From assembly GCA_964638415.1 (NCBI GenBank), contig CAZWYP010000003.1:1150-65149 (forward strand): a stretch of DNA of 64,000 nt, written 5' to 3'. This document shows, piece after piece, positions 54,737 through 64,000 of this stretch. Numbering within the stretch: the first letter of the stretch is position 1; every line of letters starts with the position of its first letter. The position numbers and the translations under genes were made by a program. The notes under the pieces are model-generated. The model searched no databases, was not told the origin of the DNA, and was given only the letters and a program-made list of their open reading frames with translations. Source of the DNA: an uncultured Gammaproteobacteria bacterium (lineage in GTDB: Bacteria > Patescibacteriota > Patescibacteriia > UBA1558 > GWA2-36-10).

Positions 54737-55690
54737 TTAGACTTTCAGATAACGGCGCATGGCAATAACAGTGCTGACGATATTAATAACTGACAGGACT
54801 AGAAATTCAGAAACAAAAATCTTGGCAAAATTCTGGCGGAAATAATTCTGTAGATTAATAACGCTGGAATCCTGGAAATAGTTGGTTAAAGTCGGTTGAA
54901 TCCAGTCAACAATAGGATAAACAATGGCGATTAAAATAGCGACTGCTATTAAAGCATAGATAATACCTTCTAAAATAAACGGGGCGCGAACAAACCAACT
55001 ATCAGCGCCGACTAACTTCATAATAATCACCTCGTTCTGGCGGCTGTAAATACTAATACGAATGGTGTTGAAGATAACCACAATAGCGACAAATAAGAAC
55101 ATGGCAATTACATACCAACTGTATTTATTAATAATATCCGCTAATTTTTTAACATTATTAACAAAAGCATCATAATCCTTGAAATCACTACTATCTACCA
55201 AAGAAAGATATTTCTCTTGCTGAACAAAATTTAAAATAGCCTGATATTGATCCAATTCATAAGCTTGAATAGCTAAAGAATAGCCAAAAGGATTTTCATT
55301 CTCAGAAAAAATATCCAAAGCCCGCTTAGCTTCTTCTGTGATATTAGATTGTTCATAAAGCTGGCGATTCTCTTCCGGTGTAATAATCTTCACTTTTTTC
55401 ACTTCCGGCAACTGCCCAAGGTCTTTAATAATATTATCCAAATCTTCTCGGCTTGATTCCACTTTAAAAGATACCAAGACATCAACCTTCTTTTTTATTC
55501 CGTCCACAGTGGCTTGCTTGATATAATCCATGCTGACCAGCAAAGTGACGGAGAACAGAGCCATTAAGATCATGGTTATGGTCACTAAGCTCAACCAGAA
55601 ATTGCGGAAAAAGCCTTGAATGGCAAATTTTATTACACGAAAAATACTGATCATATGTTTATAACAAATAACGGCCACTGGCCTGATCAC
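54737..55690 (-). CDS. ftsX: Cell-division ABC transporter permease FtsX
   Basis: Four-TM FtsX topology with a large periplasmic loop. Overlaps ftsE by 32 bp. Confidence 0.8.
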   Translation of the reverse strand: MIRPVAVICYKHMISIFRVIKFAIQGFFRNFWLSLVTITMILMALFSVTLLVSMDYIKQATVDGIKKKVDVLVSFKVESSREDLDNIIKDLGQLPEVKKVKIITPEENRQLYEQSNITEEAKRALDIFSENENPFGYSLAIQAYELDQYQAILNFVQQEKYLSLVDSSDFKDYDAFVNNVKKLADIINKYSWYVIAMFLFVAIVVIFNTIRISIYSRQNEVIIMKLVGADSWFVRAPFILEGIIYALIAVAILIAIVYPIVDWIQPTLTNYFQDSSVINLQNYFRQNFAKIFVSEFLVLSVINIVSTVIAMRRYLKV

Positions 55691-56339
55691 TAATTATTCG
55701 GCCGTGATCTAAGGTGATCACTCGGCCTTTAAGACTATTAACCACTTCTTTATTATGGGTAACTAAAACTACTGTAGTTCCTAATTTATTAATCTTCTTA
55801 AGCAAGTCAATAATTTCTCTGGTATTGATGGAATCCAAATTTCCAGTAGGCTCGTCAGCTACTAATAATTTAGGCTTATGCACCAAACTGCGGGCAATAG
55901 CTACCCTCTGCTGTTCACCGCCGGATAATTGATTGGGGTAACGATCCTCTTTTCCTTCCAAACTTACTAATTTAATCATCTGCTTAACGGTCTTATCTAT
56001 TTCCTTTCCACTTAACCCGCAGACTTCCATGGCAAAGGCGATGTTTTCAAAAACAGTTTTCTTGGGTAATAGTTTAAAATCCTGGAAGATTACTCCTAAT
56101 TGCCGGCGGAGAGTCGGCACTTCGCTGGATTTAATATGCGTTATGTCCCAACCCCCAACGATTATTTTTCCAGAATCAGCTCTTTCCTCGGCAATAATTA
56201 AGCGCACTAAAGTTGATTTACCGGAACCACTTTGACCGACAATGGAAACAAACTCTCCCGGCTCAATATGCAAATCAATATCGTGCAGAGCTTCTACTTT
56301 GTGACTGTATTTTTTATATAAATTATGGGTTTTGATCAT
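55659..56339 (-). CDS. ftsE: Cell-division ABC transporter ATPase FtsE
   Basis: GQSGSGKSTL Walker A, LSGGEQQRVAIARSL signature, LLVADEPTGNLD Walker B; 226 aa. Confidence 0.9.
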   Translation of the reverse strand: MIKTHNLYKKYSHKVEALHDIDLHIEPGEFVSIVGQSGSGKSTLVRLIIAEERADSGKIIVGGWDITHIKSSEVPTLRRQLGVIFQDFKLLPKKTVFENIAFAMEVCGLSGKEIDKTVKQMIKLVSLEGKEDRYPNQLSGGEQQRVAIARSLVHKPKLLVADEPTGNLDSINTREIIDLLKKINKLGTTVVLVTHNKEVVNSLKGRVITLDHGRIISDQASGRYLL

Positions 56340-57309
56340 AAAGTTCTACTTTGACATAAATTAATCCGGCTTTAGTTGAGCCGATTTGCTTAAAAGCGGA
56401 AATATCTAAATCAATTAAACGGCCGGTATTTAATTCTGGCCCATAATCGTTAACTTCCACAATAACTGATTCATTAGTTTTTAACCTAGTCACCTTAAGC
56501 TTAGTTCCTTTAGGATAATCCCGGGAAGCGGCAAAATTGCCGTTTTGATAATTGAAATAGCGATAGCGGCTTTGGTCATAAAAACTAGCAATACCGTCAT
56601 GAGCGGTTAAATCGGAAAAAATAGCTATCCGGACATCACCGCTTTTAAGCTTGGCGGTTATTTTTTTATTAGGAAAATCGTTATATGATTCCAGTGGTTC
56701 CCACTGCAAGTCAGTTTGATTATATTGATAGACTTGCTTGGAATAATTATCCGTTTGTATATAACTGAATTCTAGTTGATCATCAGCTTGAGCTCCGCTA
56801 ACCTGATAAATTGAGGAAATTAACTTCAAATCATTATTCTTTACCGGGCCCATAGCTTTAACCACTGTAACAGGGGTTTTGCTTAAGACTTTAACTAGAC
56901 CATCCGCTGACTGGCTATTATCAACTACGGCCGGTAAAACATTATTTACTAAGGAAGTTGGTTTTAATAAAATCTTATTGGCCTCAATATCTTGGAATAG
57001 ATCATGCCATTCATCTTTACCAACCACTTGGTAATTCCATTGCTGTTCGGATAGAGTCTGCAAGCGGTAACTCACTTTTTTATTACTAGGATAGACTCCT
57101 AATTTCTGCTGACCATCGCTTTGAGTAATCAGCTCTATATTCCACTTGGCCTTAGTTTTATCCCAATCTACTAATTCTAAAACTAAATTATTGTCTAAAA
57201 TCAGCTGTGTAGTCTGAGTGGTATCCAAAAGCCATGATTTGGCCTGAACCGGGTTAACAAATAATACTCCCGTAAAAATAACTGCTGCTAATAAATAATA
57301 TTTCTTCAT
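56323..57309 (-). CDS. Secreted protein with a C-terminal RlpA-like double-psi beta-barrel (DPBB) domain
   Basis: Signal peptide. C-terminus ASRDYPKGTKLKVTRLKTNESVIVEVNDYGPELNTGRLIDLDISAFKQIG resembles RlpA/expansin-like DPBB. Confidence 0.55.
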   Translation of the reverse strand: MKKYYLLAAVIFTGVLFVNPVQAKSWLLDTTQTTQLILDNNLVLELVDWDKTKAKWNIELITQSDGQQKLGVYPSNKKVSYRLQTLSEQQWNYQVVGKDEWHDLFQDIEANKILLKPTSLVNNVLPAVVDNSQSADGLVKVLSKTPVTVVKAMGPVKNNDLKLISSIYQVSGAQADDQLEFSYIQTDNYSKQVYQYNQTDLQWEPLESYNDFPNKKITAKLKSGDVRIAIFSDLTAHDGIASFYDQSRYRYFNYQNGNFAASRDYPKGTKLKVTRLKTNESVIVEVNDYGPELNTGRLIDLDISAFKQIGSTKAGLIYVKVELYDQNP

Positions 57310-58170
57310 TTAAATTTTCTTGTTTATTTTTATTGCTTTTAAATAATCTTGAAAAAACTCTTCCATTGATTTGGCAGGAATAAACAAAGATTTAACCTGA
57401 TAAGCCTGTCCGCCTTCATCTTGAGCTATGGATAATAGTTTCCAGATCACATAACCATTAGGCGTCATAACAATTCTACTAAACTCATTTGTCTTTAATT
57501 CTTTAATCGGCTCATAAAAATCTACCAAATCCTCTTGATTTAACCACAAACTTTCTCCGGTATAATTTCCCTCTGGCATATATTTAATAGCAACAGCGTC
57601 AAAATCTTCCCCTTTAACCAAATCATCATAGGCAGCCTGGGCTAAATTAATACCATTAAAATCATTAAAATTTTCTACTAAATAAATATGGGCCTTAGCT
57701 TCTAAAATGGCCGGTATAATAAAATATTTCTTAAACTCTTCCCAAGATAAATCATATTCTTCCTTGGCGAACTTGTTAAAATCCTGATCTTCCCCCAATA
57801 AAGAAATCATATACTCATTAATCTCTTCATCGGTTGCTGTTAAATTATAATCTTCAGCAAAATATTTAAGCCAGTTATCCTTCACTGTCCTCTGCCAAGC
57901 TAATTCTTTTAGATCTAAGTCGGCCTGGCTAAATCCCTGCTTATCTATGTTCTGCTGCAAAAAGTTCTGGTGATGAAGATAGTCTGCTAATTTAACCTCA
58001 TAGCTTCTTTTATGATCCTCAATTTCACCAGCTTTAAGGCTGTAAATCTTAGCAATAAAATAAGATAAATTATAAGGTAATGAACCGGCGCGAGCAAGCT
58101 TAACCGCTGCCAGCTGCAAAGCCGCTAAAAGGATTAAAGTGATAATTATTATCTTCTTGGAATTGCTCAT
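57310..58170 (-). CDS. Membrane-anchored parvulin-type peptidyl-prolyl isomerase-like protein (PrsA/SurA-like)
   Basis: N-terminal TM. C-terminal FDAVAIKYMPEGNYTGESLWLNQEDLVDFYEPIKELKTNEFSRIVMTPNGYVIWKL resembles the PpiC/rotamase domain pattern. Confidence 0.45.
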   Translation of the reverse strand: MSNSKKIIIITLILLAALQLAAVKLARAGSLPYNLSYFIAKIYSLKAGEIEDHKRSYEVKLADYLHHQNFLQQNIDKQGFSQADLDLKELAWQRTVKDNWLKYFAEDYNLTATDEEINEYMISLLGEDQDFNKFAKEEYDLSWEEFKKYFIIPAILEAKAHIYLVENFNDFNGINLAQAAYDDLVKGEDFDAVAIKYMPEGNYTGESLWLNQEDLVDFYEPIKELKTNEFSRIVMTPNGYVIWKLLSIAQDEGGQAYQVKSLFIPAKSMEEFFQDYLKAIKINKKI

Positions 58171-58545
58171 TTAATTAAAAAAATAACTAAACCATTTTTG
58201 CCAATTAGGCCTATTATCTTCACTAGCTAAAACTGCGGGCTGGCTATTGGCAGATAAATCCACCCTCTTTTCTCCGGATTTGCTTAAATTTAACTGTAAT
58301 CTAGCTTGTTCTTCCACATAACTGTCTGTCTGCAAGTAATTGATTAAATCCTGTAATTGATCTTTTTTTCTCTGCGCTTGAGCTAGTTCTTCAGTTAAAT
58401 TGGATATTTCACGATTAATCTGCCATCGTCTTGTTAATTCTTTTCCTACTTTAACCACTGAATATAAAAGAACAACTGCTAAAATAATAATAAAAATGTT
58501 GGAATTATAAATTGTCTCCCTAATGGGCTTTCGCGAACGTTGCAT
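58171..58545 (-). CDS. Septum formation initiator (FtsB/DivIC-like)
   Basis: Single TM followed by a leucine-zipper coiled-coil (NREISNLTEELAQAQRKKDQLQDLINYLQ) and YVEEQAR, typical of FtsB/DivIC; 124 aa. Confidence 0.65.
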   Translation of the reverse strand: MQRSRKPIRETIYNSNIFIIILAVVLLYSVVKVGKELTRRWQINREISNLTEELAQAQRKKDQLQDLINYLQTDSYVEEQARLQLNLSKSGEKRVDLSANSQPAVLASEDNRPNWQKWFSYFFN

Positions 58546-58666
58546 GGACAGTAAGTTTTATAAACGTAAAATAATTATAACACAAAATGATATTTTTTCC
58601 AAAGAAATAATATTTTACTAAATTAAATAAATATATTATACTTAATAAAGTAAATTATTCTTATTC

Positions 58667-59587
58667 ATGGCTGCGGAAAAAATAAAAAACAAAAAATTTA
58701 CCTGGATTAATATTAATAAGCCAACCAGAACTGACACTGATTGGCTGCGGGAAGAATATGACTTCCACTATCTGGATCTGGAAGACTGTTTGGGAAAGGT
58801 CCAGCGTCCCCAAATTAATGAATACCACCATTATCTGTTTTTCATCCTTACCTGGCCTATTTATAACCGTGACACTAGAGAAATTTCAGCTAGTGAGGTG
58901 GATTTTTTTATTGGCAATGATTATCTAATAACTATCAATGATGGGGGTACTAAAACTGTCAACAACTTTTTCAAAGAAGTTCAAAATAATGAAAAGCTAA
59001 AAGAATCATACCTCAACCAGCACCCGATTTATCTATTGTATGAAATACTTGATCGTTTGCAAAACAGCACCTTGCCGATGCTAGATCATGTTTCTCAAGA
59101 TATAGAAAATATTGAACGCCGTATTTTCAGTGGTGAAGAAAGGAAGATTGTTAAAGAAATATTACATATTAGACGCAATATCGTTAATTTGCGTAAAATC
59201 ATGCAGGCGCATAAAAATATCATCAAAAAATTGATGGCCACCAATAATAAATTCTTTATGCCAGCTAAGATGAATGTTTATTTTTCCAATATTCTGGACC
59301 GCACTAAAGATATCTGGGATATCTTAGAAACCCAAAAAGAGAATATCAACACTTTCCAGGAAACTAACGAGTCTCTAATTTCCAACAAGCTTAATGATAT
59401 TATGCGCATTTTAACGGTGATTTCCGTTATTATGATTCCGGCTAACTTAGTAGCATCAATCTTTGGAATTAATGCCCAACATGTTCCTTTTGTTGGCGAA
59501 CCTTTTGATTTTTATATTATCTTGTCTTTTATTTTCCTAATTATGCTTGGTTTTGTTATATATTTCCGACAAAAAGACTGGCTTTAA
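58667..59587 (+). CDS. corA: CorA-family Mg2+/Co2+ transporter
   Basis: Cytoplasmic funnel domain plus two C-terminal TMs with FGINAQ (a GxN-type motif replacing GMN); 306 aa. Confidence 0.75.
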   Translation: MAAEKIKNKKFTWININKPTRTDTDWLREEYDFHYLDLEDCLGKVQRPQINEYHHYLFFILTWPIYNRDTREISASEVDFFIGNDYLITINDGGTKTVNNFFKEVQNNEKLKESYLNQHPIYLLYEILDRLQNSTLPMLDHVSQDIENIERRIFSGEERKIVKEILHIRRNIVNLRKIMQAHKNIIKKLMATNNKFFMPAKMNVYFSNILDRTKDIWDILETQKENINTFQETNESLISNKLNDIMRILTVISVIMIPANLVASIFGINAQHVPFVGEPFDFYIILSFIFLIMLGFVIYFRQKDWL

Positions 59588-59653
59588 TCTTGCCAAAATT
59601 AAATTTTTATGTTATAGATTAAACTCTGTGTTAACGGAGTTTTTTTAAAAAAT

Positions 59654-60625
59654 ATGGCTAATTTCTGGCAACAATTAAAAAAACCAATAGTCATGACTAC
59701 TCCCATGGCTGGAATTACTGATTCCGCCTGGCGGCAAGTTTGTAAAATGTGGGGAGCTGACGTAGTGCATACGGAGTTTGTCGCTGCCGAAGCTTTATAT
59801 TACGGCAGCGCTAAAACCATGAAAATGATTGAATACCAAGCTAGCGAACAGCCAGTGGTTGTCCAGCTTTTTGGCCGGCGTCCGGAATATTACCCTAAAG
59901 CAGTAAAAATTGTAGAAGCCACCGGTGTAGCGGGTATAGATATTAACTTTGGCTGTCCAGCAAAAAAAGTAGCCGGCCATGGCGGCGGTATTTGTTTGTT
60001 GCGCGATATGGAAACAGTAAAAAAAATCGTAGCTACTACGATTGAATCAACTTCCTTGCCGGTATCGGTCAAAAGCCGGGCCGCTATTAATTGCGTGCAA
60101 GGCCAGCCAGAGCAAGGCAATATTACTGCCCTAGATTTTGTTGAAGCCTTAAAAGACTTACCGGTTGCTGCCTTGGTTATTCACGGCCGCAGCTATGAAC
60201 TGCCATTCACCGGCCCTTGCGATTTGGAAATGCTTAAGGCGGTTAAGGAAAAGTTCACCAGCGGTTTATTTTTTATTAATGGCTGCTTCCAAAATGTAGA
60301 ACAGATTGTTAATGACTTAAAATATACTAAAGCTGACGGTATTGCTCTATCTCGCTCCTTATATGGCCAACCTTGGCTATTTAGGCAGATTAAGGATTTT
60401 ATTGCTACTGGAAAATACCAAGAAATAACCTGGGAAGAAATTAAGGATACCGCCATTAAGCACGCTCACTTTTTGTATGAAAACAAAGGAAGCCGCGGTT
60501 TCCAAGAAATGCGTAAACATTTATTATTCTATGTTAAAGGCCATCCGCAGGCCTCTGAATTAAGAAAACAGCTAGTGTCAGTCACCATTCCGAAAGAAGT
60601 AGAAAAAATATTTGCTGAGTTATAG
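59654..60625 (+). CDS. dus: tRNA-dihydrouridine synthase
   Basis: PMAGITDSAWR, VQLFG, and the catalytic-Cys region IDINFGCPAKKV; TIM-barrel; 323 aa. Confidence 0.9.
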   Translation: MANFWQQLKKPIVMTTPMAGITDSAWRQVCKMWGADVVHTEFVAAEALYYGSAKTMKMIEYQASEQPVVVQLFGRRPEYYPKAVKIVEATGVAGIDINFGCPAKKVAGHGGGICLLRDMETVKKIVATTIESTSLPVSVKSRAAINCVQGQPEQGNITALDFVEALKDLPVAALVIHGRSYELPFTGPCDLEMLKAVKEKFTSGLFFINGCFQNVEQIVNDLKYTKADGIALSRSLYGQPWLFRQIKDFIATGKYQEITWEEIKDTAIKHAHFLYENKGSRGFQEMRKHLLFYVKGHPQASELRKQLVSVTIPKEVEKIFAEL

Positions 60626-60626
60626 C

Positions 60627-63600
60627 TTAAAAATTCCTCTTAATAAACCGTCTGGTTTTGCTAATCGCTTCATCTAAAGGTTCCTGTATCTTATCTTTGG
60701 AATCGTAGATAAAATCAACTGTTTTTTCTTTAATGCTTCTATCATCAACCGGCTGGAAAAAATCATCTCTAACAACTCCCCCGTATTTATGCAACAAATC
60801 AAGCATTCTAGTAGTAATATCTACTGCCAGTTTATCTGAATTGGCTATTAACCTACTATCTTCTGTATCTTTCCAACGCTGCATGATCCGATATTTAAAA
60901 AATAAATCATCAGCAATAAATTCTACTTCCTGCTTAGCTTTTTCCAACTCTTTTCCTGATAATCTACTAGTCTCTGCTAAGACTTTCTGCCAATTTTTTA
61001 CTAAAACAGTTTTAATTGGATCTTCTGCATATTTAGATCTCATGCTTAAACCTGTCTTTAACAATTCCACGCTATTATCATCATAGAAGGTGAGTTGGCA
61101 ATCTACACCATTAACATGAGTGCTTATATTACTAACTTCTTTATCTTTCTTTAATTCAACTTCAGGAAGTTCAATTTTTTCCTCTACTAATTCCTCCTTA
61201 ACTTCGCCAAAAGGCTTAACCTCCCCTGTACCCATCTCTTCTTCAGTTAAGGGCTTTTCTTCGTGGGGGTTAGTAATGTTTTCGTTATTAGTTACCTCTT
61301 CTGTTGAAGTTATTTCCGAGTTATATGGTTTAGGAACGCCAAATCCTTGCTGATCTGCCGGTAATTCTCCTAATACTACTTTTGGTGTTTTCTTACTTCT
61401 TTTTCTGCCATTATCTTCAACTACTGCATTTTCCGGAGGATTATATGGCTTAACTTCGCTAATCCCCTCTTCCGATTCCAAATCTTTCTGTAAAAATTCC
61501 GGCACTTCCGTATTTATACTTTCCTGGGACATTTCTTCAATATTTTTTTTATCTACTCCTACTGATGGATAATTTTTAACCTCACCAACTCCTTCTTCTT
61601 CAGCAGTTAGAGGCTTATCTTCGTGTGGACTGGAAACTTCTGGTTGTCTTCTTAAAAATTCCGGCACAACAAAGTCTTCAACTTCCGGAGATTGCTCTGA
61701 TATTTTTGTTTCTGTAGCGGAGGCGGATTCATTAGCTTTAGGCCTTAAAAAAACGGGAATTTCAAATTCTTCTTTTTGATTATCCTCAACTTTTTGTTGT
61801 GGCATGACTGTATTCTTTTCCTCTGGTTTAACTTCTAATTCATTATTCTTCTCCAATTCCGGCACTTCCTTGACTATTTGTTCATCATACTTAGCCCTTA
61901 ACTCTAAAACCTTATCCCTTAAACCAAAATTTCTAGGAATAGCTTTTTCTGCTGTCTTATTAAAGAGAGCTATCCCTATTAAAACTTTTAAATCCTTAAC
62001 TGGATAATCATAATTAACACCCTTAAGGTCTCCTATTTCTTCGAGTATCGCCATTAATTCTTCCCTAGATTTAGCTGATTTTATTTTATCAGCTTTAACT
62101 CTATCCTCTGGAGATAAATTCTCTATTAAATCATCGTTGGGAATTTCATTATCCATCTCAATTTTAAAGATATGACCATAATTATTATTCCAATGTTTAA
62201 TTATCTTATCTATTTCATACTGCAAATCCGTTTTTTGTATATAAGATAATTCATTGGACTCCATTAAATTACGGTGCACAAAAATGGAATGGGCCACATT
62301 ATCACAAACTATCATCATCCTTTTTTTGTCATCCTCACTAAGAGCTGAATTATGCTCTAAAAGCTGTTTCCAATTTTCAGGCAAAACCTTTTCATATACA
62401 TCCCTCACTTCCCCTTCAGTATGATTAATATGTACTGCTCCATCGACATTAAATCTAAGATTATATTTAACACCATTAACTGTTAAATTTTCTTTATTTT
62501 CTTCCTTATCCCCTGCTTCTACCGATGCCACCGGGGCAATTTCTACCGTCTCCTTTTTCTGGGATTTTTTACTAAAAATACCGCCAACTTTCTGCCAAAG
62601 AGGTTTTTTATCTGTTACTTCCACTGATTCTTCAGGAACTAGTTCTACTGCTTGAGCTGGCCCTTTCTCTTTACTGTCTAGGGATTCAATATCTTCTATT
62701 TCTCCTGGTTTACTTATAAAATCACTAATCTCCTGCTTAAATTCCGGATTTAAAACCTGACCATACTCTTTTTCTACTTTGATGATGCTCTTTAATAAAT
62801 CCTGGATGAACAATTCCCGATCTTCTTCATTTTCAAATTCAGCATTAAATAATATGTTTTTCTTATGGAATAAAGAATAAACATCAGCTTCTAATAATAA
62901 TTCCTGATGAACAGAACCGCCAGGTAAATTTAATTTAGTATTGTCAATATAATCTTGCCAATTATCTACTAGTATTTTATTCTGCGGCACTGCTATTTCT
63001 TTTTTGGAAACAACTTTCTTCACCACTAAACCGCCGTCACTGTATTTTTCTAATTCATAACTAATTTTGTCATTTCCCTTACCAATCTCTAACTTAACCT
63101 CCTCCGGCTTTTCCATTACAGAAGATCCTTCTAATTTATGAATCTGATCTTCTGCTGCTAATACTGCTTGTTCTATACCAGCATTAATTTCCTTATGCGA
63201 ATCAGCTTTTCCTAAAGAAGGGTTTTTCAATATATCGGCAGCTAAAGCTAAAACCGACTGTTTTTCTCCCCTATCTTCAGTGGCATAAGCGCGATTTAAA
63301 CGGGAGATTAAATCTTTTAAAATAATTATGCTTGGTAATTTATCTAGGGTTTGTTCTTGCTCCTTATCTACTGATGCTTTATTAGCTAAAGGCTGCTCGG
63401 TTTCTTTCTTGTTAATCTCTGGCTTAATTGACTTCCGCCTGCCAACTTCAGAAATTAAACGGCCAAAATATGCCGATTCTTCCGGAGTTCTTTTGTACTT
63501 TAAAAACAAAGCATCCTTACCACCTATTAGGTTATGGTAAGTCTTAGCAAACTCTTCATCGGACAATTTGCTTAAATCTTCGGCAGATAACAATTCTACC

Positions 63601-64000
63601 TTATCTCTGGCTTCTGGGTGGCGGCGTTCAATCTCATCCCAGACTCGGTTAAAATATAATTCTAGATTTGGGTCTTTATCTGGCTCTAACACAAAAAATA
63701 CATCCCTAATTTTAGCCAAAGCCTCATCTGAAATTGCCTCCAATTGCTTAGCAGATAATATCTTTAGCTTACCTTCTTTATCTAAATACTCCTGATCTAC
63801 TTTAACCTTGGCCTGTTCACGATTTTCTATTCTTTGCTTCTTTTCCTCTTCCTTTCTTTCTTCATCTTGCTTAAGCAGCTGTTCAACTTTTGGCCGCAAA
63901 CCGCCGGTAATAATAACATAATCTATATCTAACTTATGATCTGACACATCTTTAATAATGCTCTTAAGTATAGCCGGATCATAAGAGCCCAAACCGCCTT
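60627..64000 (-). CDS. Very large acidic repeat-containing hypothetical protein (more than 1120 aa; the ORF is open to the window end, so the N-terminus is probably truncated)
   Basis: Single continuous reverse-strand ORF. K/E-rich low-complexity segments. Repeated [VI]PEFL(R/Q)...E(E)G.GEVK(P/N)Y elements. Two internal ~200-aa paralogous domains (VNGVKYNLRFNVDGA... and VNGVDCQLTFYDDNS...). Confidence 0.7.
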   Translation of the reverse strand, partial: GGLGSYDPAILKSIIKDVSDHKLDIDYVIITGGLRPKVEQLLKQDEERKEEEKKQRIENREQAKVKVDQEYLDKEGKLKILSAKQLEAISDEALAKIRDVFFVLEPDKDPNLELYFNRVWDEIERRHPEARDKVELLSAEDLSKLSDEEFAKTYHNLIGGKDALFLKYKRTPEESAYFGRLISEVGRRKSIKPEINKKETEQPLANKASVDKEQEQTLDKLPSIIILKDLISRLNRAYATEDRGEKQSVLALAADILKNPSLGKADSHKEINAGIEQAVLAAEDQIHKLEGSSVMEKPEEVKLEIGKGNDKISYELEKYSDGGLVVKKVVSKKEIAVPQNKILVDNWQDYIDNTKLNLPGGSVHQELLLEADVYSLFHKKNILFNAEFENEEDRELFIQDLLKSIIKVEKEYGQVLNPEFKQEISDFISKPGEIEDIESLDSKEKGPAQAVELVPEESVEVTDKKPLWQKVGGIFSKKSQKKETVEIAPVASVEAGDKEENKENLTVNGVKYNLRFNVDGAVHINHTEGEVRDVYEKVLPENWKQLLEHNSALSEDDKKRMMIVCDNVAHSIFVHRNLMESNELSYIQKTDLQYEIDKIIKHWNNNYGHIFKIEMDNEIPNDDLIENLSPEDRVKADKIKSAKSREELMAILEEIGDLKGVNYDYPVKDLKVLIGIALFNKTAEKAIPRNFGLRDKVLELRAKYDEQIVKEVPELEKNNELEVKPEEKNTVMPQQKVEDNQKEEFEIPVFLRPKANESASATETKISEQSPEVEDFVVPEFLRRQPEVSSPHEDKPLTAEEEGVGEVKNYPSVGVDKKNIEEMSQESINTEVPEFLQKDLESEEGISEVKPYNPPENAVVEDNGRKRSKKTPKVVLGELPADQQGFGVPKPYNSEITSTEEVTNNENITNPHEEKPLTEEEMGTGEVKPFGEVKEELVEEKIELPEVELKKDKEVSNISTHVNGVDCQLTFYDDNSVELLKTGLSMRSKYAEDPIKTVLVKNWQKVLAETSRLSGKELEKAKQEVEFIADDLFFKYRIMQRWKDTEDSRLIANSDKLAVDITTRMLDLLHKYGGVVRDDFFQPVDDRSIKEKTVDFIYDSKDKIQEPLDEAISKTRRFIKRNF

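Noticed and set aside
1-64000. CRISPR arrays, IS elements, prophage genes, or an alternative genetic code (UGA recoding)
   Set aside because: No short regularly spaced direct repeats and no transposase, phage capsid or terminase-like ORFs. Long conserved genes read through cleanly under the standard bacterial code, and at least pyrF terminates at TGA.

Overview
This 64 kb window comes from a compact bacterial genome of moderate-to-low GC (about 40% by eye) with short intergenic regions. The gene content (many type IV pilin-like genes, few biosynthetic genes) suggests a reduced genome, possibly Patescibacteria/CPR-like; that lineage call is an inference, not something I could prove from the sequence. 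From 0.6 to 43 kb almost every gene sits on the minus strand.

Genes I can support, in order:
- Start of window to 19.8 kb: a partial pilin-like gene and a membrane cupredoxin, then dnaX, a large membrane-anchored VirD4/TraG-like P-loop ATPase, lepA and murJ. A DUF4012-like 830-aa protein and a 5-gene glycan operon (polyprenyl-phosphate sugar transferase plus three GT4 glycosyltransferases) follow. Next come an unannotated RNase P RNA, an ASCH protein, and a second pilin gene whose central ~450 bp is nearly identical to the first.
- 19.9 to 32.4 kb: a rod-shape block of GT, mreB, greA, mrdA (PBP2), mreD, mreC and a second mreB; then proS, rseP, frr, a BNR-repeat lipoprotein and holB.
- 33 to 41.5 kb: rnhA, recJ, a PfkB kinase, a SpoU methyltransferase and several membrane proteins and transporters (YibE/F-like, EamA, CaCA).
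- 41.6 kb to end: a higher-GC pyrE-pyrF pair abutting tRNA-Gln(UUG); rarA; a higher-GC purC-purB pair; pyrG, ctpA, murA, a PEGA-domain protein and lexA, whose -35/-10 promoter has a direct repeat in its spacer. Then rpmA, a division cluster (ftsE, ftsX, an RlpA-like protein, a parvulin-like protein, an FtsB-like protein), corA and dus. The window ends inside a very large acidic repeat protein.

The most unusual items:
- The pilin core duplication.
- An orphan T4 coupling-protein-like ATPase module next to a GC-rich, promoter-and-terminator-bounded candidate ncRNA of unknown class.
- The surface-glycan locus, with MurJ and DUF4012.
- Two mreB paralogues.
- Compositionally atypical nucleotide-biosynthesis islands at a tRNA.
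- An alphaproteobacterial-style direct-repeat candidate SOS box at lexA.
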